From a virus: 64,000 nt of DNA. The notes under the pieces were generated by a model, which was not told the DNA's origin, ran no database searches, and saw only the letters and a program-made list of their open reading frames with translations. The DNA is taken from the IMG/VR virus record IMGVR_UViG_3300043427_002369, positions 9,509 through 73,508 of that record; one strand, 5' to 3'. This document shows, one piece after another, positions 14,401-23,500 of the stretch; positions within the stretch are counted from its first letter, which is position 1; every line of letters starts with the position of its first letter. Position numbers and translations under genes: made by a program.

Positions 14401-16004
14401 ATAGAAATTGGTATGAAACGACCATTTATCCATCTACAACTGTTATACAGGATATTGGGATTGGTAGTAGCGAAATATACGTTGAGTCTTTAAAGACATT
14501 CTTTGATAATGATGCTGAAAATATTGTTGATAAAGATAAATTCGTAATTAAAATTATTGATCAAACTCCACTTAAGGGCGCAATAGCAACTTGCCAGGTT
14601 TCTTCTGGAAATATTTCATCCATTGATTTAATTGATGGTGGATATGGATACTCTGAGGCACCAAAGGTATTAATTGAAAATTCTCCAGTTTCTTCTGGAA
14701 TTGCATATACAATGTCCCTAACTTCAATAATTGATCAATCTGGCATCTCAACAACTGGAGTGACAAGTTCTATTTTAGGGGAAACTATCATTGGGGTTGA
14801 AAGTGATACTATAGCAATTCTTTCCGGAATATCAACTATTGATCCTATTATTTCGTATGTTCCTATTACTCCAACAACATTTATTGTTAGTGAAGAGATT
14901 AGATTTGAAGAATCTGGTTTAAACGCTGAGATTCAATCACTATCAACAAACTCAAGCAATGCAGTTGGTGTTGCAACCATCACTGATGGTGTTGTAACTG
15001 GCATTGATATAGTAAATGCTGGATATGGATATACTTATGGACCTATTAAAAACCTAGAAGTTATTAGTAATGGTTCTGGTTATCCGGAAACTTTAAACCC
15101 ATCAAATAGTTCATTCTATAATGCAAGACTTAAAACATCAACCGGAATTGGTTTTGGTGGAATTGTAGATGTTATTATTGAAAAAGATCTTATTACTCTA
15201 TTACCAGTTCTTGACTTTAATAGTGATAATATTAAAAACGGTGGTTCTAACTATAAAGTTGGAGATATTTTAGAAGTAAAAACATTTGATAATATTGGAG
15301 TTGGACTGACATATAGAAATAAGGTTCTTGATACTCCTATACAATTTAAAGTTACTGAAATAAAAGCACCTTTGGTTATTATCGATGAACCGTCACCTGA
15401 AGTTGAAGTAATTAAAAATGTATCTTTTACTGGAGATTTTGGTGAAGTTGTTGGTATTGGAACAACAGTAGTTGGTATTTCAAGTAATGCATTGATCTTT
15501 GATCTTTATATTCCTAATGACTCTTATCTAAGAAATTCTATTGTTATTGGAGATACTATAGTTGGTTCTGCTATTACTATAAGCCAATTAAGTTTTGGTG
15601 ATTATTTTGTAATTAGTAATTCAAATATTGGATCTGGAGTTATTTCACTAAGAAATGATGGTTCAGTTATTGGGATTTCCACATCCGGTGATAATATAAA
15701 CAATGTTTATCAGGTATATTCTAGTGAAATTTTAGAATTAGACATTGCAACTAGTGGAATAAGAACTTCATATATTAATAGAGTAACATCTTTTGTTCAA
15801 TCTTTTGATAGTGATATTATTAACATTTCTTCTTATGACCAAATATATGCAAATTATAGTTGGGGTAAGATAGGAAATCTTATCGATAGAACAAATCCTA
15901 AAGAATTCAAAACATATCAAGATCAAATTTCTGGAATTGGATCAAATCCAATAATTCAGAGGTTTAAAAACTTAAAATATGTTGGATATAGCACAGTATT
16001 ATAA
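2439..16004 (+). CDS. gp7: Very large baseplate wedge initiator gp7-like protein (4521 aa)
   Basis: Position between gp6 and gp8; IKQLKDFYSSKGT..SFKILF and DSDYYQYFSY...HTVGFKKF motifs; internal HSPIIGWAYDGNPIYGP...DLDEYNGR (YHYH-like) segment; many G.GY repeats. Confidence 0.85.
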   Translation: MKKARINISNILKNQLPNFVKEEYPLVEELFSEYYKGQEYQGGILDILQNIDQYIKLDNNTNLTESTNIVSDISFADAVIPVTNTSGFPDRYGLIEIDSEVILYKSKTQNSFVDCVRGFSGITSYDNSLNFEQTIAENHVDGSVVKNLNILFLNEFFNKVKKQFAPGFENRNFFKDTSSKIDLNENVFIKQLKDFYSSKGTDDSFKILFKSLFNDNVEIIRPRDFLIRPSDAQYRVNKELIIEAIEGDPLDLVDTTIFQNPLTINGEDFISYAYGTVNKVETISRKDKTYYAVSLDFDYNKDINLKGSVYGEFVIGAKTFITDKVSEQSTVITVDSTYGFPETNGVLRVTFDDGLISTISYQRKNLNQFIGCSEINREIPQGNSIYLNYYCEGGNTVGNDENPIKFRITGVLSEATTSDDSHYIVEGNRINLRTLGKDIREPSFNNWKFNIAPKYNVKSIIKNNTINNTYLIEVYDEHIFYKGDSVKLISSRPQLVPGTDDLGFSEFFGDVQSVDGKFSFTCAINFDLDTTLVYEVEREINKFNFSYNSSISDSNNNYVTDVQNVYRDSEGSLYVASQSLPTYTNDVLPITDDTIVLSSSVYISEELNQNDPEKIDKILNIGRHTFKTGDAVYYQSGDNNNKLNLSEGIYYVKVVGSLNNPTQIKLSSSRTNIDNNIFLDVSLKNPSLTGSDNKLYKSTNEIIYFQNSLKNSLTSSKFEKFISPKNLIKKINNPLETKEKQLTSPGQTGILVNGVEIVNYKSNDFIYYGSIEDIKIKSPGSDYDIITPPQLNIVDKNGSGASAICHISGSLTRIDILNGGFDYEKTPTIEISGGNGIDAEVSPNMSTFEHSMAFSAKEGTSQINFSSDTITFNVRHKFYDGEEIKYDYTQVPLEGLRKEITYYVGTEDDYSVKLYATYQDSIKKINQIDLNLPNVLGTHYLISVQKKSTIGSINIVRAGTGYSNRKTVTLSQNINIFSNVVNIKNHGYQTGEKLVYSTTGSPIVGLATTSEYLAYKVNEDQFKLCEINNQSEDKNFYLRTEQFVNFTETGSGNHIFNYPPISVKVIGSFKNKNLSPSLLEAQIVPAFRGSITSVFVESGGVGYGSSDIINYNRQPDFVLENGTGAELRPIISQGKISEVLIVNGGSQYTALPIIEVVGSGTGAKLLPIISNGSIVDIEIVSSGINYDSDATILNVNSAGSGANFEFSIQSWNVNSVERSIQNGNILTSDIFLYDTKNEYDERMTQITHLYAPRKLRENLIVSKEEGGQIFYRKDIENDTRLDDYYHSPIIGWAYDGNPIYGPFGYENPDGSGLTKKMKTGYGLNISKPNRPSINLFPAGFFVEDYDYIGNGDLDEYNGRFCATPEFPNGTYAYFATLGEFDNVFSRDYLRPTFPYLIGNYYKSTPIEFNFDADNTQNTLVFENINLIRNTTPYGIISKNSSYSYAFNPIDYEEQLNKITRVGNGKIDNINIISGGENYKVGDKITLSEDEFGNKSYAEITKIKGVGISSISVTFNEIPYVEFGSSRDFKTIVGVASTPHQLKDQDVINIIGLNEIFTNRQKNVTSRINVFTNQLSITKNVEPSSVTGIITTFQVSGNLNDYAIKPNDIYISQEGEEIKILNIDLSSSSIRVKRGVGLSTYYSGSTLTEKPRRFEVSAVEASSSDNLNGKIYPTNRELYFNPSNSVGLGTVGLSTTIFLNIVPLNYQVSIDTEAEVIIGVTTVLRTGLIFNNPLNAGQFKIGDYINLVGSSDLSFNAVQKAKVLNVGIGSIVVDYDSTALSGIGVTSFVTKWEVSEIGIQSLYLPNHNLKTGEKITYYANSGTPLGVSTDKISSSSLSDGNEFYVSSLDHDHIGISTVIVGLTTSGEYLNPLSGQGLLYFTSLGSGSYHSFKTNYNVQSGKVIKNVARLATTKSPSLFFNENIEVSNVPKTNRTIGVKYNKENRRLVVNPKSFTVIDVDTNSSSIFIPDHRYSTGDKIIHTTEDLSSLLVNNQIYYVVVVDINNIKLSETYYEAISLNPNIVSINTASYGQFSLVNPSIKLYRNETIRFDLTDKSLSFINDEITYSAFRFNLYKDSNFTERFTKTEEDTFFSVRKIGDVGITNNAAVELRISDKTPSRLYYRFELDNINYNVPNNQLEYIIDDENITNSSTLLIEDSVYSGNYNVYNVGNNFIEYILEERPEKSVYSNLESSISYITDSYSTLGEIDDVKVLSKDRKYRVLPGITSVSTKTGSGAILFPYSKDIGSAKKVKIENIGFDYSSDYSLRPTGNLPQIIQVEPLSIFKDIKVTSIGKNYTIIPTIIVLDGLTKVQDKQAELKFSPEESLIEIIQNSSGLYNKTPYLIPINNSNGFTVSPGSVSFNEETKLLTLTFNTSFNSLVDFPFSIGSKVLLENFKVSSTFLNESGDLEEATNVRGLNSEDYGYALFEIYLSSAAVGGSGASITIDMTPYLNDDEIPGIYSPVNSLGYVVPESYFPTFEITLQKNNFILGEEVITTSGYTGIVEYWDNENEFVSVLSDDKFVSGDKITGKTSNLSGIVGKVEFFDAEYSTNSFSVVQRGWDTNIGFLNDSIQRIHDSDYYQYFSYVLKSKTQFSEWNDPVSSLNHTVGFKKFGTLSIESLTPSVGAATTVSYSELNSVSDLFEVIDLNSYHDFDMVSENAYNLGGRIVSDQIIFNTREIQDYSESIGNRVLMIDDFSNQFNNIPRAERFSIVDKFPIYQNRHRKYFAYVKDKLFFNERQFSIISLIHDDLNGFVNQYGRLETYNELGTFDFVINGDEGQVQFKPFDYEFNDFDIDLVSYTLFDTFVGLGSTTVTNYNIGTIANLSNNVGVLPENSTNAVTVATIPISYRSSKIILTSNSLNGSYRESTELNIIHDGTNVYITEYGKLFTKNINPPVGLATYSAYIQGSNIILDLVPYVGYGSTVEVNVFKLSVRDENATSGGVLSENNARLETGFINIPSGNVGVAITFHNYSYEYGGGYYYMSIQDNSTFRYQSLELSTLNNQTDVYHTQFGSIITDDSLVGLGTFSTQIIGRRVYLSFIPSVNANISIRFYYNGIKTITETDIPPNEVVLDLNEAQIVSFNSDYIGTENSIKRSFDLFHKKLPIMKRTFRGNNSSGVNLSADRVNIPNHYFSTGEEVVYDFGADEPIGIATTTIAGIGITDQLPSNLYIIKVNDLSVRVAASASEALKANPEYLKLTSYGVGSQHSFTGKKGNSRSLITIDNMIQSPIVSAGKTTSLSANVALKEIRVKVNDPSIFIAGDIFKVDDEIMRVKSVGFGSTNTLLVNRFWMGTLPGIHSTGAICERLKGDYNIIGNKINFYDAPYGKVPVVAENPRYDEVDYIGIQTSSSFSGRIFNKSGTTNSSSVTYSDNILLDDLSNEFTGIATIFTLNENGTPVSGISTSNLFVLIKDILQIPNNELRTNNGAFELGSNLSGQTTIVFNKDPEKDFSNIDDINTTNIPSGGIILSVGSTFGGGYQPIKTAGGIAQVNNSGQISSISIGFSGSGYRVSGEKEIIVSSASTVSIGTNIIPVVEERGLFSKFAYSGEPTCNVGIGTSLYSVSISSYNSVLSTITISRNTEVEIPKSTPISIKLNELTAELVDIGVRTESNENYEKHYIGFTTVVEGHISGSLNLINPGIAFTSFYDKFNTNTSISVSSGSTIFYLNSINDIFVDDYISINSSALLKIVGIGNTFVYSETPFGSAVSSGTNVLIRRYSPPEVVFDSPVGYSNIPLVYSSLSGSSGIGTGAKIKISVGEDGEVIDFDIQNSGYGYKKSDILTVPVGGLSGIPADPSLTFAEFKIFVDSIYNTKFSAWSIGDLLVIDNFDDLFDGNRRVFPIKINGIPRSIRAKRGSTLDIQATLIVLYNDILQVPGEGYTFKGGSIITFPEAPKYEDRVSIIFYRGNEEVDVIDVDLLETVKVGDGLRIVNDQKKFNEDQRIVSDVVSSDYANTNPYLGRGISQNIDFLRPVVFSKQNIDLVIDGVNIGKDRNWYETTIYPSTTVIQDIGIGSSEIYVESLKTFFDNDAENIVDKDKFVIKIIDQTPLKGAIATCQVSSGNISSIDLIDGGYGYSEAPKVLIENSPVSSGIAYTMSLTSIIDQSGISTTGVTSSILGETIIGVESDTIAILSGISTIDPIISYVPITPTTFIVSEEIRFEESGLNAEIQSLSTNSSNAVGVATITDGVVTGIDIVNAGYGYTYGPIKNLEVISNGSGYPETLNPSNSSFYNARLKTSTGIGFGGIVDVIIEKDLITLLPVLDFNSDNIKNGGSNYKVGDILEVKTFDNIGVGLTYRNKVLDTPIQFKVTEIKAPLVIIDEPSPEVEVIKNVSFTGDFGEVVGIGTTVVGISSNALIFDLYIPNDSYLRNSIVIGDTIVGSAITISQLSFGDYFVISNSNIGSGVISLRNDGSVIGISTSGDNINNVYQVYSSEILELDIATSGIRTSYINRVTSFVQSFDSDIINISSYDQIYANYSWGKIGNLIDRTNPKEFKTYQDQISGIGSNPIIQRFKNLKYVGYSTVL

Positions 16005-16012
16005 ATTCACAG

Positions 16013-16020
16013 TATAAATA
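16013..16020 (+). promoter_or_regulatory. T4-type late promoter (TATAAATA)
   Basis: Exact T4 late consensus in the 32-nt gap upstream of gp8. Confidence 0.8.
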
Positions 16021-16036
16021 ATCAAAAAAATAAAAA

Positions 16037-17560
16037 ATGTCAGCAATTATAACTGATCAACTTAGAATATCCAATGCTTTGAGTTTTTTGGATAAAATTA
16101 ACAATTCATTAAATTCATATTATGTGTTTTTAGGATTGTCAAATCCAACAGAATACCTTAGCACTTGGGAATCTCTTCCACCATTTCAGCGTGATAATTT
16201 TGATGAAGAGAATAAGTGTTGGGATACTATGTTTTCTTTGAAAAAAATTTCTCCCAGTGATGTTTCTCCAGTTGTTCGAAGAATAAATTGGGAATCTGGA
16301 AGAATATATGATATGTATCGTCATGATATTAGTATTGACAAAAGATCTAACCAAACTCAGGCAACATCTTTATATTCTTCCGATTACTATGTGGTAACAA
16401 AAGATTATAAAGTTTATATTTGCCTTCAAAATGGAACATCACCAGAATCTTTAACTGGAAATCCTTCCTTGGATGAACCAACTTTTACTGATCTTGAACC
16501 AAGAGCAGCGGGGACTAGTGGTGATGGGTATATTTGGAAATATCTTTATACAATTAGACCAAATGAAATTGTTAAATTTGATAGCACAAATTTTATTCCC
16601 TTACCTAAAAATTGGACAACTAATCAGGAAAATGCTGCAGTAAGATTGAACGCATCTTCAAGTGGACAAATAAAGATCATTAATATACTTGAAAGGGGTG
16701 CCAATTTAGGAGCACCTGGTCTTTATCAAAATGTTCCCATAAGAGGAGATGGACAAGGAGCAACAGCGACAATTGTTGTTGGTAGTGATAATACTGTAGA
16801 TAAAATATTTGTATCAAATGGAGGATCTGGATATACTTTTGGAACTGTCGATCTCGAAAATTCAGGTCTATTTCTTGTAGATCCTCCAAAATTTGATGTC
16901 ATAATTCCACCAAAAGGTGGTCATGGAGCAAATATTTACAGAGAACTTGGATCTACTAATATTTTATTATATTCTAGAATTGAAAATGATATTGGAGATC
17001 CTGACTTTATTGTTGGTAATAAAATTGCAAGAATTGGGATTATTGAAAATCCAGAGGCATTTGATTCCACATCAGTTCTATCGATACAAAAAGCAAGTTC
17101 TTTGTATGCATTAAAATTAAAAGAGCCTGGCGCAAGTTCTGCAGTAATTCCTGCAAATATAACGTTCACCCAAACAATAACAGGAGTTGGAACCGCTGTA
17201 GGAAGAGCAGTTTCTTATGATAATGAAACCGGTGTATTAAAATATTGGCAGGATAGATCTTTGTATGGGTATACAAAGGCTGGTGTTTCAACTAATGCTC
17301 CCTATGGATTAGTTCAAAATGCATTTACTGGAGGGACTATTAACGTAGACGCAAATACTATTGAAATTGATGGTGGATTTAGTGGTATATCTACAGTAAT
17401 AAATAATGGTACAGTTTATCTCGGGCAAAATTTTACTAATGGTCTATCAAACCCTGAGGTAAAAAAATATACCGGAAATATAATTTATGTTGATAATAGA
17501 CCATCCATAACCAGGTCTGCAAATCAGAAAGAAGATATCAAAGTCATTTTGCAATTCTAA
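16037..17560 (+). CDS. gp8: Baseplate wedge subunit gp8
   Basis: MSAIITDQLRI start, YKVYICL.NG, DGYIWKYLYTI, and C-terminal IIYVDNR..R..NQKEDIK.ILQF. Confidence 0.92.
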   Translation: MSAIITDQLRISNALSFLDKINNSLNSYYVFLGLSNPTEYLSTWESLPPFQRDNFDEENKCWDTMFSLKKISPSDVSPVVRRINWESGRIYDMYRHDISIDKRSNQTQATSLYSSDYYVVTKDYKVYICLQNGTSPESLTGNPSLDEPTFTDLEPRAAGTSGDGYIWKYLYTIRPNEIVKFDSTNFIPLPKNWTTNQENAAVRLNASSSGQIKIINILERGANLGAPGLYQNVPIRGDGQGATATIVVGSDNTVDKIFVSNGGSGYTFGTVDLENSGLFLVDPPKFDVIIPPKGGHGANIYRELGSTNILLYSRIENDIGDPDFIVGNKIARIGIIENPEAFDSTSVLSIQKASSLYALKLKEPGASSAVIPANITFTQTITGVGTAVGRAVSYDNETGVLKYWQDRSLYGYTKAGVSTNAPYGLVQNAFTGGTINVDANTIEIDGGFSGISTVINNGTVYLGQNFTNGLSNPEVKKYTGNIIYVDNRPSITRSANQKEDIKVILQF

Positions 17561-17566
17561 TCTATC

Positions 17567-20500
17567 ATGCCACAAGAAACCAATCTTAACGTATCTCCTT
17601 ATTTTGACGATTTTGATGATAAAAAGAATTTTTATAAGGTTTTATTTAAGCCAGGATATCCCGTCCAAGCAAGAGAACTGACAACTTTACAGTCAATTCT
17701 CCAAAATCAAATTGAAAAGTTTGGATCTCATATTTTTAAAGAAGGATCTCCTGTTCTTGGTGGTAATGTTGTTTATGATAATTATTATGAAGGTATCCAA
17801 GTTGAACCAACCTATCTTGGTCTTTCTGTAGATTCATATCTGGGAGATCTTGTAGGTAAATATGTTATAGGGCAGGATTCTAAAGTTAAAGCAAGAGTTG
17901 AATATATTTTATCTTCTAATGATTCCCCTACTAAAAATACAATAGTTTATGTTTCTTATAGAGATTCCAGTGTTGATAATAATAGGCAATTTAGAGACGG
18001 AGAAATAATCACCACAGAAGAAGATGTTCCTTTTGTTGCAGGAGGAGTGACTAGTATTCAGGCAGGACAAGGTGTTTGTAAAACAATCTCACAAAACTCA
18101 TCTGTTACTGGATCATCTATTCATATTTCATCTGGAGTTTATTTTATTAGGGGATATTTTGTAAATGTTGATGAAGAAACTCTATTATTGGACCCAACTT
18201 CTAATAATGTAACTTATAGTGTAGGATTAAAAATTTTTGAAGATGTTGTAACTTTTGATGATGATGAAACTCTTGCAGATAATTCTCAAGGATTTTCTAA
18301 CTATGCTGCTCCAGGAGCAGATAGATTTTCTATTAAAGTAAGATTAGCAAAATATTCAATTAATGAAAATCAAGATGAAGGATATTTAGAATTATTTAAG
18401 GTTAGGGACGGAATTCCAGATAAAGTTCAAAAAGATGCAGAATATAATCTTCTAGCTAATGAATTTGCTAGGAGAACTTATGATGAATCTGGAGATTATT
18501 ATGTAACTCCATTCAAACTTACTGTCAACGAATCATTAGATAATTTAAAAGGTAATAAAGGTATATTTAAAGAAGGGCAGCAAACTTATGGTAATAGAAC
18601 TGCAAGTGAGTCTTTAGGTGTTTACAAATTATCTCCTGGAAAAGCTTATATTAGAGGATTTGAAGTTAATGTCCCAAATCCATCTTTTATTGATTTTAAT
18701 AAACCAAGAGTAACAAAAACTTTATCCAATCAAAGTCTTGTTTATAATACTGGATCTACATTTACACTGAATAGAGTCCACGGAACCCCACCTATTGGAA
18801 TTTCAACAACTTATACTTTAAGTTTTAGATCGGAAAGAATAGGATCTGATAATAACACTGCTCCAGGAAAAGAAATTGGTATTGCTAGAGTTTATGATTT
18901 TGCCTTAGAATCTGGATCATATAATCCATTAAGCCAAAATATAAATGAATGGGATATTACATTATTTGATGTTCAAGCATATACTGAAATTACACTTAAT
19001 GATGCAATTAGTTTAGAGTTTCCTACTTTTATTAAAGGTAGTTCTAGTGGAGCAACTGCATTTCTTAAAGATAATGTAGTTAATTCAGGAATTCTTACCG
19101 CATATAACGTAAATGGTAGGTTCCTAAAAGGAGAAAGATTAAGCTTTGATAGTATCCAGAACAATAGAATTATTACCTCATTTAAAACATATGATATTGG
19201 AGATTTTAAATCTGTTTATGGAATAGTCGGAACCGGATCGACATTTACTGCCGATATTGTCCAGAAGCAAAAATCTTTTGTCGGTCCAGTAAGTATATCA
19301 GGTTATACATCAGGAATTAGCACTGTCACTAGTTCTAGTTTTATTTTTAATAAAGTTGCTTTAGAGAATGATATAGTTTCATTTTCTAGTCCTGAGCAAG
19401 AAGAACCAACTTATGCAAAAATTGTTAGTGTCAGTGAAAAAAGTATTACAATTACTCAAGTCACTCCAGTATCAGACGTATGTGTTAGCACATTGTCACT
19501 ATCACCTATAAATGTTTCTGATTTTAAAATCTTAACATCATCATTACAATCATCAACTGATAATACATTATATACCATCTTCCCACATAACAAAATTTCT
19601 TCAACTAATCTAGAAAATTCTGAAATTATTATTAGAAGACAAAGGCAAATTGATATTTTAGATAATACTTCTGATGTTATTATTTTAGAAGATGATGAAA
19701 GATTTATGCCTTATGATGAAGAAAGATATTCAGTGATTTATTCCAATGGGGATACTGAGCCTTTAAGAGAAGATCAGTTCTCAATTACTCTTGGAGGTCA
19801 AAGTCTTAGAATTAATGGTCTATCTTTGACAGGTGTCGCTGCTACACTAACATACACAATTAAAAAACTTAATGTAAGTGCAAAAGTTAAAACTAGAAAT
19901 AGAGTTAATAATATTATTGTAGATAAATCAAAATATAATTTCTCTGGAGTTGGGCAAACAACAATTAATGATGGATTAACATTTGGAAATTATCCATATG
20001 GAACAAGAGTTCATGATGAAGATATATGTTTAAACTATCCAGATATTGTAAAATTATTGGGAGTATTTGAAACTAATAGTGCTACTGATACACCTTCACT
20101 CCCATCAGTTACAATGAGCTTATCTGATGTAACAACATCAAGTATGATTTTGGGTGAAGAATTTATTGGGGAAAGAAGTAATTGTGTTGCGATATTAGTA
20201 GAAAAAATTAATAATAATACAATTAGTTACATCACTCTAAATTCTTCGAGTTTTTCTGAAAATGAAACATTAAAATTCAAGGAATCTGGAATAGTTGCAT
20301 CTATCAATTCTTTGAATTCTGGAAACTGTAAAAATATAACAGATAGTTATGTTTTAGATAACGGTCAAAGAGATACTTTTTATGACTATGGTAGAATTGT
20401 TAGAAAATCTACTGCAAGAGAACCACGCAAAAAATTAAAAATTGTTTTTGAATCTACTGATTTTTCACCTTCAGATCCTGGAAGTTTTGTAACGGTCGAT

Positions 20501-23500
20501 TCTTATAAGCAGTTTGATTATTGCGATATCCCTTCTTTAAACAACCTTAGAAATTATAATATTTTAGACTTAAGACCTAGAGTATCTAATTACACGGTTT
20601 CTTTAAATGCAAGATCACCATTCGAATCCTTATCCAATAATTTCACAAACGTTTATAATCAAAATTTACCCATTTTAGCGTCTGATGAGGATATTATTCT
20701 CGACTATTCTTATTATTTACCTAGAATTGATAAAATTATCTTATCTAAAGAAGGTAATTTCCAACTACTGATTGGAGACCCTTCTGAAACTCCACAGGCA
20801 CCTCTTAATTTAACTGATTCTTTAGACATTGCTACTATTACACTTCCTGCATATTTGTGCTCATATGAAAGTGTAGGTATTGATTTATCGCAACATAAGC
20901 GTTATAAAATGAGTGATATTAAAAAACTTGAGGATAGAATTAAAAATCTTGAGTTTTATACCACATTATCTTTACTTGAAACTGAAACTGCAAACTTTAC
21001 AATTAAAGATGCAAATGGTTTAGATAGATTTAAATCTGGTTTCTTTGTAGATAATTTTACAACACTAATATCTCAAAAAACAACTCAGATTACTAAGAAC
21101 TCAATTGATATTGAAAATTCACAATTAAGACCATCTGTTTATACAACTTCTATTGATTTAATTCTTGGACACACTGATGCTGCGGGTAACATTAATTTCA
21201 ATAATGATGATTTTGACTATAAGTCAAATCAATCTATTATCGGAAATAATGTTAGAAAATCTGTTGGAACCGTTGGTAAAGGAGTTCTGACTTTAGATTA
21301 TTCTGAGACTGAAGAAATTATACAACCATATGCGACGAGAGTTGAAAATGTAACGCCATATCTAGTAACATTTTATGGTGGTATTGCGGATATTAACCCA
21401 TCTTCCGATATTTGGTTAGATCCCATCGTTCTAGATCCTATTAATCTGGGAGTTAGAGAAGAAATAAAAACTATTGATGTTGAATTGGAATCCGTTCCAG
21501 ATAACAATAGTGGATGGGCTCCAATGATTTTTGGTGCTTGGGAAACTTCTTGGACCAACACTTCTGCACCTAGAGAAGTATCTAGAGGGCAAAAATATGA
21601 ATTAGACGGGAAGTGGTATCAAGATGTTGTCTATGCGACTGATAAAAACGGAACTTCTACCAGAACTGGGTCTTCAAATAGAATTACTTTCACTGATACT
21701 TCAGTATCTTATGGATCTAATGTTGTAACAGTAGATATTGCAACATATTGTCGTGCAAGAAATCTTGAAATAATTTCAAGGAAGTTAAAGCCATATACAG
21801 AAATGTATGCTTTCTTTGATGGGCAAGACGTAAGCCGCTTTATGGTTCCAAAACTCATTGAAATCCAAATGGAGTCTGGAGTATTCAGAATTGGTGAAAC
21901 AGTTGAAACAGATACTAGTTCTTCATCTTCAACTGATGCGTTCATTAGATTTAGGTTGTGTCAACCAAATCATAAACAAGGTAGATACGATTCTCCAACA
22001 TCAATTTATGGATTAAATCCATATGATAGAACTAACAATGTTCCTTCTACGTATTCTTCATCATCTACCGTTTTAAATATCGATACTTTCCTTCTTGCCG
22101 AACAGGGAATTGGTAATTTTTATGGATATGTATCATCTGGTATGAGACTTATTGGAAAAACTAGTGGGGCAGTTGCAATAGTTCAAGAAGTCAGGTTGAT
22201 AACTGATAATATTGGAACTTTGATGTCTTCATTCTTTATTCCAAATAATAATATACCAAGCAATCCAAGATTTACTACAGGATCTAAACTTTTTAGACTT
22301 TCCAGTCTACAATCAAATTCAACCGTTCCAGGTCTTTTAAACAGTTTAGCAGAAGCAGCTTTTTATGCTCAAGGAACTATTACAACAACTCAAGAAACTA
22401 TCGGAACACTCAGGAATAGTTTGAGAGAGTTAGGAACTTTAACACAAACCATTCCAGCTTCAACAACCGATTTTTCACAACCAGTAAGAGTCGAAGTTCC
22501 TGCACCCCCAACACCAAAGCCTTCTGAACCATACCCCACTCCTTCCCCAGAACCTACTCCAGAACCTTCTCCTTCCCCATCCCCAAGTCCTTCTCCTGGA
22601 CCAAGTCCTTCTCCTGGACCAAGTCCTTCCCCAGGACCAAGTCCCTCTCCATCCCCAAGTCGTTCTCCTGGACCAAGTCCCTCCCCAGGACCAAGTCCTT
22701 CACCTAGCCCTTCTTCGGATAAGATAGAGCAATTTAAGTTATACACAACACCAGGAACTTATACATTTACTGTTCCAAAGGGAGTCACTTCGGTTCAAGC
22801 ATCTGGTGTCGGTGGCGGTGGCGGTGGTGGATTTGGAAGATCTAATAAGTCCGGTGGCGGTGGTGCTGGTGCTGGAGTTTGTTCTAGAAATATTCCGGTT
22901 ACTCCTGGTGAAGTTCTTACTGTTATAGTTGGTTCAGGTGGAAGAGGATCTACAACAGATGTTAAAGCAGAAGATGGACAGCCAAGTTATATTGTAAATA
23001 AAAATATTATCGCTAAAGGTGGTGCCGCCGGATCTAGCACCTCAAAAGGATCTGGTGGAGAAACTAGCGGTGGTGGTGGAAAGGGTGAAGATGGAAAATA
23101 TGATTCCTCTGATACTCAAAGAGGTGGTTATGGTGGAGGATCTGGTAGAGAAGGTGGTGGAAACTGCGGTCACTCTAAAGATAAAGAAGGGTGCGGAAGT
23201 CCAACTGCAGGTCCTGGTGGAAATGGTATTAAATTTGCCGGTGCTGGAGGAAATCCTGGTCAAACTCCAGATTGTGGAACTAGAACAGGTGGAACCGGTG
23301 GAACATATGGTGGTGGCGGTGGTGGAGGTGTTAATGGAGGTTCTGGAGGTAATGGAGCTTCTGGCGCTTTCCTCTTAAAATGGAAAGAATCTACATCTAC
23401 TGCATCTTCCAATATGATTCCGCCAGTAGGACTTGATCCACTAGCACAATCATTTACTATTACTGCACCTGAAGGAAGATTTGTAACAGCAGTAGACCTA

